A DNA stretch of 59,646 nt from Candidatus Parcubacteria bacterium (GTDB lineage Bacteria > Patescibacteriota > Patescibacteriia > CAIXNZ01). This document shows, in pieces, positions 8,700-14,702 of this stretch (position 1 is the stretch's first letter; every line of letters begins with the position of its first letter). The stretch spans positions 1 through 59,646 of the forward strand of contig JAPLYC010000075.1 in the NCBI GenBank assembly GCA_026395755.1, in the 5' to 3' direction. Under the pieces are notes generated by a model. That model had not been told where the DNA came from, searched no databases, and saw nothing but the letters and a program-made list of their open reading frames with translations. A program made the translations under genes and the position numbers.

Positions 8700-9299
8700 A
8701 TGCGACGAATAAATTTTGTAAATCAGGAAATTTATCACATTTATAATAGAGGAGTAGATAAACGTGATATTTTCTTAAAAAATGGTGACTATTTAAGGTT
8801 CGTCGAATATTTAAAACAAGTTCAAGAGACTAAGCTTAATTCCGATGAGCTTAGTCTTTTAGATTCCGTTGAATTTATTTGTTATTGCCTTAATCCCAAC
8901 CATTTTCATTTTGTTTTAAAGCAGCTAAGAGATGGCGGAATTTCAAAATTTATGCATTTTTTAGCAACCAGCTATACTATGTTTTTTAATATTAAATATC
9001 AACGGAGCGGCGCTCTTTTCCAGGGGCCATTTAAGGCAAAACAGGTGGAATCTTTCGAACATCTACTTTGGTTATCTATTTATGTGAATACTAATGCGCA
9101 GATTCATGGAATAACTGATGATGCTGCAACTTATCCCTGGTGCAGTTTTGCTTATTATTTAGGGACAGAACAAATTAATATTTGTAACAAAAGGATAATA
9201 TTAGAGGAAATTAAAAATTATAGTAGCTATGCAAAAGAGGCATCAAGTTTTATGAAGAAGAAAAAAGAAATGGAAAAGTATTTGGAATTAGAGGCTTAA
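8700..9299 (+). CDS. REP-associated tyrosine transposase-like protein (Y1 HUH, COG1943 / IS200-like fold)
   Basis: N-terminal YHIYNRGVDKRDIF, HUH motif NHFHFVL, and tyrosine motif SIYVNTNAQIHGI (compare YI..NP...GL in RAYTs). REP-like doublets flank it on both sides. Confidence 0.7.
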   Translation: MRRINFVNQEIYHIYNRGVDKRDIFLKNGDYLRFVEYLKQVQETKLNSDELSLLDSVEFICYCLNPNHFHFVLKQLRDGGISKFMHFLATSYTMFFNIKYQRSGALFQGPFKAKQVESFEHLLWLSIYVNTNAQIHGITDDAATYPWCSFAYYLGTEQINICNKRIILEEIKNYSSYAKEASSFMKKKKEMEKYLELEA

Positions 9300-9310
9300 A
9301 GGTATTGGCG

Positions 9311-9383
9311 TTTAAGGCTAAGCCTTTAAAAGAATGCCCATGTTTACGTAAATATCAAAATTTCTTCAAGGCTTAGCCTGGAA
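9311..9383. repeat. REP-like palindrome doublet, right flank of the RAYT-like gene
   Basis: tttaaggctaagcctttaaa at 9311-9330 and ttcaaggcttagcctggaa at 9365-9383. Order, orientation and spacing (54 nt) match the left-flank doublet, and the spacer is partly similar (gaaaattccttc versus caaaatttcttc). Confidence 0.8.
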
Positions 9384-9388
9384 GCGAT

Positions 9389-9416
9389 TTGACTTTTACA
9401 AGCAATGTGCTATAAT
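9389..9416 (+). promoter_or_regulatory. Sigma-70-type promoter with extended -10 (TTGACT-N16-TGCTATAAT)
   Basis: ttgact at 9389-9394, tg at 9408-9409 and tataat at 9411-9416. The predicted TSS is about 1-2 nt before the ATG at 9425. Confidence 0.6.
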
Positions 9417-9424
9417 ATATTTAT

Positions 9425-9535
9425 ATGATAACCGCACAAGCAATAAAACTTCAGAAATTTGAACTTAACCTAAATTTATTAGGTTTATTGTTGTTAAGCT
9501 GCCTGCTCGCGGTTAAGTTTTCCATTTTTCGATAA
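9425..9535 (+). CDS. Candidate leaderless 36-aa hydrophobic peptide
   Basis: Encodes MITAQAIKLQKFELNLNLLGLLLLSCLLAVKFSIFR. The ATG lies 8 nt after the -10 box and there is no SD. A terminator follows. The ORF is below the ORF-track cutoff. Confidence 0.4.
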   Translation: MITAQAIKLQKFELNLNLLGLLLLSCLLAVKFSIFR

Positions 9536-9558
9536 ATTATATTGATATAAGGAAAAAA

Positions 9559-9590
9559 CTAGCACCGCGAAGCGGTGCTAGTTTTTATTT
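9559..9590 (+). terminator. Intrinsic terminator
   Basis: ctagcaccgc-gaa-gcggtgctag followed by tttttattt. Confidence 0.8.
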
Positions 9591-9638
9591 AGGGTTCTTT
9601 TTAGAGTAAAGCCCTCCCACGGAGGGCGAAGGAGGTAG

Positions 9639-9881
9639 GTGATGATAAACGTTTGCCAACAATGTTCGCGTTTAAACCCCCTAGGCAATAAACAATGCAA
9701 TTATTGCCAGGGGGATTGTCTAGAGATGAAGCCCTTAGACTATGGACAGTTCCTGGTTGATAAAAACATCGGGACTAAGACCAGGGAGGAATCTTGGGAT
9801 GTTGATTACCCTGATTTGAGGTTATTTGAGGCTTGTCGAGCCATGCCAGATCAGTGGGACTTATTGCTTGCCAGACCTTGA
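9639..9881 (+). CDS. Small Cys-rich (zinc-ribbon-like) protein
   Basis: Contains CQQC...CNYC. The SD is gaaggaggtaggt, followed by GTG 9639 or ATG 9642. Confidence 0.55.
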   Translation: MMINVCQQCSRLNPLGNKQCNYCQGDCLEMKPLDYGQFLVDKNIGTKTREESWDVDYPDLRLFEACRAMPDQWDLLLARP

Positions 9882-9894
9882 AAAGGAGGGGAAA

Positions 9895-10083
9895 ATGGCT
9901 GAAGAAAAGCAAAATAGCGGTAACGAGAAGAAAAGGTGGGGTAATTGGTGTAAAAAGTGCGGCAAAGAGCACGAAAATATGGGGGTGGAACAATGTGATT
10001 GCGGAGGAAAAACAGATATTTTTCCTGGTCCGCCCGATATTAAAGGCTCGACCCCGCAAAATGGCAGGATTATTCCTTTATAA
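9895..10083 (+). CDS. Small Cys-rich (zinc-ribbon-like) protein, 62 aa
   Basis: aaaaggaggggaaaATG at 9895. Encodes MAEEKQNSGNEKKRWGNWCKKCGKEHENMGVEQCDCGG. It shares its frame with listed ORF 9826-10083, but the start was chosen by the SD and the preceding stop at 9881. Confidence 0.55.
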   Translation: MAEEKQNSGNEKKRWGNWCKKCGKEHENMGVEQCDCGGKTDIFPGPPDIKGSTPQNGRIIPL

Positions 10084-10169
10084 GGAATAAAGCCCTAGAT
10101 CAGTAATGGTTTAGGGCTTTAAAATTTAGCTAATTATAGCAAATTTGTGTAAATTTTAGCTCAATTTAC

Positions 10170-10198
10170 TTGACAATTATCGTTTTCTGTACTAAGCT
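10170..10198 (+). promoter_or_regulatory. Putative promoter TTGACA-N17-TAAGCT
   Basis: ttgaca at 10170-10175 and taagct at 10193-10198. The ATG at 10206 would be at or near the TSS. Confidence 0.4.
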
Positions 10199-10205
10199 AA
10201 AATAT

Positions 10206-10331
10206 ATGAATTTATTAGATCAAAAATTAACTGAAGAAAACTCTCAGCTATGGCTGGCTAATGTATTGGTTTTAGTCGTCGTAGTCGTCTTAGGCACTGT
10301 CGCAGTGGCTAGAGTTTTAAATATGTTCTAA
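10206..10331 (+). CDS. Candidate leaderless 41-aa single-TM peptide
   Basis: Encodes MNLLDQKLTEENSQLWLANVLVLVVVVVLGTVAVARVLNMF. It has no SD and its own terminator downstream. Confidence 0.4.
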   Translation: MNLLDQKLTEENSQLWLANVLVLVVVVVLGTVAVARVLNMF

Positions 10332-10348
10332 AATTATTGATATATTTA

Positions 10349-10381
10349 AAAAGGCCACTGCTAAAAACAGTGGCCTTTTTG
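10349..10381 (+). terminator. Intrinsic terminator
   Basis: aaggccactg-ctaaaaa-cagtggcctt followed by ttttt. Confidence 0.8.
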
Positions 10382-10396
10382 ATTAGTTCTTTATAT

Positions 10397-10471
10397 AGGG
10401 GTGTAACTCAGTGAAAGAGTACCGGGCAAACATCCCGGGAGTCATGGGTTAAAGTCCCATCACCCCTACCA
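10397..10471 (+). tRNA. tRNA-like gene with non-canonical loops (anticodon loop CAAACAU, nominal anticodon AAC)
   Basis: A perfect cloverleaf by arm lengths: aggggtg/cacccct acceptor plus A-CCA, D stem actc/gagt, anticodon stem ccggg/cccgg, T stem atggg/cccat. However, position 33 is A (normally U), the D loop agtgaaa lacks GG, and the T loop ttaaagt lacks C56. Confidence 0.55.
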
Positions 10472-10483
10472 TGTTCTTTCTGT

Positions 10484-10555
10484 GGGCATGTAACTCAAAT
10501 GGCAGAGATCCAGTTGGTAACTGGTGTGTTGGGAGTTCGAACCTCTCCATGCCCA
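10484..10555 (+). tRNA. tRNA-Thr (anticodon GGU), slightly atypical D / anticodon stems
   Basis: Acceptor gggcatg/catgccc, T arm gggag-ttcgaac-ctctc, anticodon loop ttGGTaa (U33, A37). The D stem is only ctc/gag and there is a U-U at 27:43. No CCA is encoded. Confidence 0.7.
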
Positions 10556-10575
10556 CTTAATTTAGTTACAGGTGT

Positions 10576-10649
10576 CAGGGGATAGCTTATGGAAAGCGCC
10601 AAAACTATCCTTTTGGAGATGTCTGGTTCAAATCCAGCTCCCCTGACCA
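10576..10649 (+). tRNA. tRNA-like gene with 8-nt (or 6-nt) anticodon loop; isotype undetermined
   Basis: Acceptor cagggga/tcccctg plus A-CCA, D arm gctt-atgga-aagc, and the classic T arm ctggttcaaatccag. The anticodon arm ccaaa-actatcct-tttgg cannot be drawn with a 7-nt loop. Confidence 0.5.
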
Positions 10650-10680
10650 AATTTTTTAAGCTAACAAGGAGGGCTAAGGT

Positions 10681-10947
10681 ATGTCAGCGGAAAAAGCGAT
10701 TGAAAACGTAAGTGTTCAGAGTTTTTTTGAAGAAGCTGCCAGAATTGAAGTTCAGCTTGATCGGTTGAATAATCGGCATTTTAATTATTGCCAAGAAACT
10801 GAAGCGCTCAAACAAGCTCTGGCCAACGGTTGTCGGCGTCAGACTTCAAGGCAAGCGCGCTTAAATGATCTTCAAGTAAGGCTTTTGCCGCAGCTTCAGT
10901 CACATATCGACTCCTTGCAGGTGCAAAAAGGCGGAGGAATCTACTGA
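10681..10947 (+). CDS. Hypothetical coiled-coil protein, 88 aa
   Basis: SD caaggagggctaaggtATG. It starts 31 nt after the tRNA-like cluster with no terminator in between. Confidence 0.55.
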   Translation: MSAEKAIENVSVQSFFEEAARIEVQLDRLNNRHFNYCQETEALKQALANGCRRQTSRQARLNDLQVRLLPQLQSHIDSLQVQKGGGIY

Positions 10948-10956
10948 TTCTTTCCA

Positions 10957-10993
10957 GCTCTTCCCAGAATGAGGGAAGAGCTTTTTATTTTTT
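10957..10993 (+). terminator. Intrinsic terminator
   Basis: gctcttccc-agaatga-gggaagagc followed by tttttatttttt. Confidence 0.8.
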
Positions 10994-11012
10994 GATATGC
11001 TATAATATAAAT

Positions 11013-11185
11013 GATCAGGCAATTAGCTTATGTTCTAGGACAATCTTATTTAATGGGAGGCTCAGATTTTATAACGCCGTGGCGTTATAATGCGGCCACC
11101 CACCTGACTTTAAGCTGGAAACATCAAGCTTATTGCCTGATTAATAAAAACACCCCTTGGCCATGCCACAGGGTGTTTTTTATTA
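11013..11185 (+). ncRNA. Candidate structured RNA / cis-regulatory leader upstream of pilB (family unknown)
   Basis: An extended -10 tgctataat at 10998-11006 lies upstream. A closing helix of about 19 bp pairs atcaggcaattagcttatg (11013-) with catcaagcttattgcctgat (-11141). The apical hairpin is ttataacgc-cgtg-gcgttataa. An intrinsic terminator cacccc..gggtg plus tttttt lies at about 11149-11185, 100 nt before the pilB ATG. Listed ORF 11011-11244 would span both hairpins and the terminator. Confidence 0.45.
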
Positions 11186-11284
11186 GAAAAAACATATCCC
11201 CAATTGCCTCAAAATGTATAGGCGAAAGATTAAAAATATGTTAAAATATGAGTAGGAAAGAACGGGTTTAAAGACCTAATTTTT

Positions 11285-12958
11285 ATGTTAAGTAGCAAAA
11301 AGTTAAAAGAAATTTTAATTAAGCCTGGCTATGTCAACGAGGCGGATTTTGCATTGGCGGAAAGAGACGCCAAGGCCAAAAAAATCAGTTTAGAGCAGGC
11401 ATTGGCGGATAATAATCTGTTAAAGGATGAAAATCTGGGTCAACTGATTGCCGACAGCCAGAAATTCCGCTTTGTGAATTTATCAAAAAAGGATATTAGT
11501 CCTGAAATTTTAAAATTAATTCCTGAAGTTGTCGCCAAAAAGCAATTAATTATCGCCTTTAATAAAGATAAGGATGGTTTACATCTGGCCATGAATGAAC
11601 CTGATAATTTACCCCTGCAGCATTTTGTCAGTAAAAATACAGGCGAAAAAATTATTACCTATTATGCTACGCCCAAAGACATTTTAAAAACCGTTAAGCA
11701 ATATCATAAGGAATTAAGGCAGGAATTTTCGGAAATAGTTTTAAAAAATTTAAGCGAGATTAAGTCAGACAATAAAGAACAGTTGCCGATTATTAAAATA
11801 GTGGAATCATTGATTCAATATGCCTATGAAAACCGCGCTTCTGATATTCATATCGAGCCGCATGATGAGGACACTCTGATACGTTTTCGTATCGATGGTG
11901 TTTTGCATGATGTTTTGGCCATTCCCAAAAATTATCATGACATGATTGTGTCCCGAGTTAAAATTATGTCAAATTTGAGGACTGATGAGCATAAAAGCAG
12001 TCAGGACGGCAAAATTCGGTTTAATTTGGCTGAAGAAAAATTAGACATCAGGGTTTCCATTTTACCAATTGTCGAAGGCGAAAAAATTGTAATGAGACTT
12101 TTGGCGAAAAAATTGCGCCAGTTGAATTTAGATAATTCCGGTTTAAATCCCAAGGATGTAAAAAAGGTTAAACAGGCCATTAAAAGTCCCTGGGGCATGA
12201 TTTTGGCAACCGGTCCGACCGGCAGCGGAAAGACAACAACATTATATTCAATTTTAAAACTTTTAAATTCCCGAGATATTAATATTTCCACTATTGAAGA
12301 TCCTGTAGAATATGACGTTGACGGTATTAATCAGATTCAGGTTGATGCTGAAACTAATTTAACTTTTGCCAAGGGCTTGCGCGCGATTTTGCGCCAAGAT
12401 CCCGATGTCATCATGGTTGGTGAAATTCGTGATGAGGAAACCGCCAAAATCGCCATAAATTCAGCCATGACCGGTCATTTGGTTTTATCTACTTTGCATA
12501 CCAATGATGCCGCCACTGCCTTGCCCCGCCTTTTAGACATGAAGGTCAAGCCTTATTTAATCGCCTCCACCGTTTTAATGGTAATTGCCCAGCGCCTGGT
12601 CAGAAAAATATGCCCAAATTGCATCGAAAGTTATACCATATCGACTGAAAACTTTGGCAAGTTATTACCCAAAGGCGTAGCGGAAAAAATGATTGACGGG
12701 AAAAAGAATGTTACTCTCTATAAGGGGGAAGGCTGCAAATTATGTCATAAAACCGGATACACTGATCGTTTAGGAATTTTTGAAGTTTTGGAAGTGAGCC
12801 AGCCCATTCGTGATTTAATCGTGCAAAAAGCAACGAGTCAGGATATAAAAAAACAGGCAATTTCTGAGGGTATGACTACGATGCTGGAAGATGGCCTGGA
12901 AAAAGTCTTTTTGGGCCAGACGACATTGGAAGAAATTTTAAGGGCAACCAAGGAATAG
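11285..12958 (+). CDS. pilB: Type IV pilus assembly ATPase (GspE/PilB family)
   Basis: Walker A GPTGSGKTTT, the motif DPDVIMVGEIRD, a tetracysteine CPNC...CKLC, and an N-terminal GSPII-like domain. Confidence 0.92.
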   Translation: MLSSKKLKEILIKPGYVNEADFALAERDAKAKKISLEQALADNNLLKDENLGQLIADSQKFRFVNLSKKDISPEILKLIPEVVAKKQLIIAFNKDKDGLHLAMNEPDNLPLQHFVSKNTGEKIITYYATPKDILKTVKQYHKELRQEFSEIVLKNLSEIKSDNKEQLPIIKIVESLIQYAYENRASDIHIEPHDEDTLIRFRIDGVLHDVLAIPKNYHDMIVSRVKIMSNLRTDEHKSSQDGKIRFNLAEEKLDIRVSILPIVEGEKIVMRLLAKKLRQLNLDNSGLNPKDVKKVKQAIKSPWGMILATGPTGSGKTTTLYSILKLLNSRDINISTIEDPVEYDVDGINQIQVDAETNLTFAKGLRAILRQDPDVIMVGEIRDEETAKIAINSAMTGHLVLSTLHTNDAATALPRLLDMKVKPYLIASTVLMVIAQRLVRKICPNCIESYTISTENFGKLLPKGVAEKMIDGKKNVTLYKGEGCKLCHKTGYTDRLGIFEVLEVSQPIRDLIVQKATSQDIKKQAISEGMTTMLEDGLEKVFLGQTTLEEILRATKE

Positions 12959-13036
12959 ATGTTTTAAATAACAAAAAGTAAATACCAAATTACAAAAAAA
13001 TATCAAATCTAAAAATTCAAATAACAAAAAAGGAGC

Positions 13037-14158
13037 ATGGCCAAATTTTTAAGCGTTTTAGGTGAAAAAAAATATTTCGAATTTAAAAACTGGAATTGGC
13101 ACATTAATTTTGGTTTTAATGTGGAGAAAATTTTGTTTGCCAAGACATTGGCGACTTTATTGCGGTCAAAAATTAATATTGCTGATTCCTTAGTAATTTT
13201 AGAGGCACAATTTTCCGGCAGTTTTAAATACGTTGTCGGGTTAGTTAGAAAAGACGTGGAAAACGGACAGACATTGGCCAGCGCTTTGGCCAAACACCCA
13301 AAATACTTTAATAAAATTTATGTGGGCTTGGTTAATGTCGGTGAAAAAAGCGGCCGTCTGGTTGACTGTCTGCAGCGCGTAGCCAAACAGCAGGAAAAAG
13401 AGTTGCAATTATCGCGCAGTATTCAGGCAGCGTCCTTATATCCGGCTATTATTTTTATTTGCTTAGCCGGTTTGGCGGCTTTATTAAGTTATTATATTTT
13501 GCCCCAGCTGATTATTGTTTTTACTTCTTTTAATATGCCGCTGCCCTGGACGACCAAGGCTTTATTATGGCTGGCGGATTTTATCAGACAATATGGCCCT
13601 TTGCTTTTGATTTTAATCATAGCGGGCATTTTCTTTTTCCGCTTTTTGATTAAACAGAATAAAATCAGGCCCCATTGGCAGGGATTTTTAGTGAGTCTGC
13701 CTTTTTTGGGGGAACTTTTAAAAAAATGGAATCTGGCCCGCTTTTGCCGCATTTTAGGCACATTATTGGAAAGCGGAGTTTCCATTCATGAAGCACTAGA
13801 TACTGCGATTGAAAGCTTGAGCAATGAAGTCTATATAAATTTATTGAAAAAAGTTAAAGCTAAAGTCTTGGGCGGCTTATCATTGGGCGAGGCCATTGAA
13901 AGTTTATATAAAATTGATATTTTCCCGCGTTTTGTTTTTCAATTGATTAGTGTCGGCGAAAGAACCGGAACGCTGGAAGAAAATTTAATTTATCTGGCTG
14001 AATTTTACGAAGAAGAAGTGGAAAATATCAGTAAAAACATGGCCAGCATTATTGAGCCGGTATTATTGGTGGTAATTGGCATTATTGTGGCTGTGATCGG
14101 CACTGCGATTATTTCGCCGATTTATGAATTTATCGCGACTTTAAGCGAAAGCCTTTAA
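13037..14158 (+). CDS. pilC: Type IV pilus platform protein (GspF/PilC family)
   Basis: Two GspF-type repeats (..L..GE.SG.L...L and GE.TG.LEE.L), three TM segments, and a position next to pilB. Confidence 0.85.
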   Translation: MAKFLSVLGEKKYFEFKNWNWHINFGFNVEKILFAKTLATLLRSKINIADSLVILEAQFSGSFKYVVGLVRKDVENGQTLASALAKHPKYFNKIYVGLVNVGEKSGRLVDCLQRVAKQQEKELQLSRSIQAASLYPAIIFICLAGLAALLSYYILPQLIIVFTSFNMPLPWTTKALLWLADFIRQYGPLLLILIIAGIFFFRFLIKQNKIRPHWQGFLVSLPFLGELLKKWNLARFCRILGTLLESGVSIHEALDTAIESLSNEVYINLLKKVKAKVLGGLSLGEAIESLYKIDIFPRFVFQLISVGERTGTLEENLIYLAEFYEEEVENISKNMASIIEPVLLVVIGIIVAVIGTAIISPIYEFIATLSESL

Positions 14159-14241
14159 ATTAATTTTAATTTTACAATTTACAATGATCAATTAATTTTC
14201 AAAATTGATTATTGAAAATTGATGATTGTAAATTTAAGCGT

Positions 14242-14670
14242 ATGAATAAGGGTTTTACCTTAATCGAGCTGATCATTGTTATTTGCATCTTTTTATTATT
14301 AGGTACGATTTTTTGGCCGATTGGCGCTAGTTTTTATCAGCAGGAGCTTTTAAGCAAAGCCGAGCAACAGGTGATTTGGATTTTAAAGCAAGCCAGAGCC
14401 AACGCAATTAACCAAAAAAATAATTCCGCCTTTGGCGTTCATTTGTCAGCGGGTGAGGCCGTTATATTTCAGGGCGATGATTTTAGTAGCCGCGCCATAA
14501 TTGAGGATGTTAATTATTCGTTGCCTAAAGTCGTCGCCATTAATGGCTTAAATGAAATAATTTTTGCCCCCAATACCGGGATGGTCAGTCCGGCCGGTTC
14601 CATTATTTTAAGCAGCGCGCAATCAAATAAGGAGATTATTATAAATGAGCTGGGTGTTATTGATTATTAG
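14242..14670 (+). CDS. Prepilin-type N-terminal cleavage/methylation domain protein (minor pilin)
   Basis: Starts MNKG|FTLIELIIV with Glu at +5. The start at 14242 is preferred over the listed TTG at 14212, which lies inside a long AT-rich palindrome. Confidence 0.8.
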   Translation: MNKGFTLIELIIVICIFLLLGTIFWPIGASFYQQELLSKAEQQVIWILKQARANAINQKNNSAFGVHLSAGEAVIFQGDDFSSRAIIEDVNYSLPKVVAINGLNEIIFAPNTGMVSPAGSIILSSAQSNKEIIINELGVIDY

Positions 14671-14702
14671 AGCTGAAGGCTTAGCGCTAAATATTTTTCA
14701 AT

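Noticed and set aside
9833-10090. The alternative frame (85 aa) overlapping the second zinc-ribbon mini-gene, and the upstream extension of 9826-10083.
   Set aside because: The ATG at 9895 is preceded by aaaggagggg at ideal spacing and follows the stop of the upstream gene. The competing frame has no SD and its product is merely basic and low-complexity.
11011-11244. The listed 77-aa ORF between the mini-island and pilB.
   Set aside because: It has no SD. It begins inside the -10 region and reads through a 19-bp closing helix, an apical hairpin and an intrinsic terminator. It is better explained as a structured RNA or leader.
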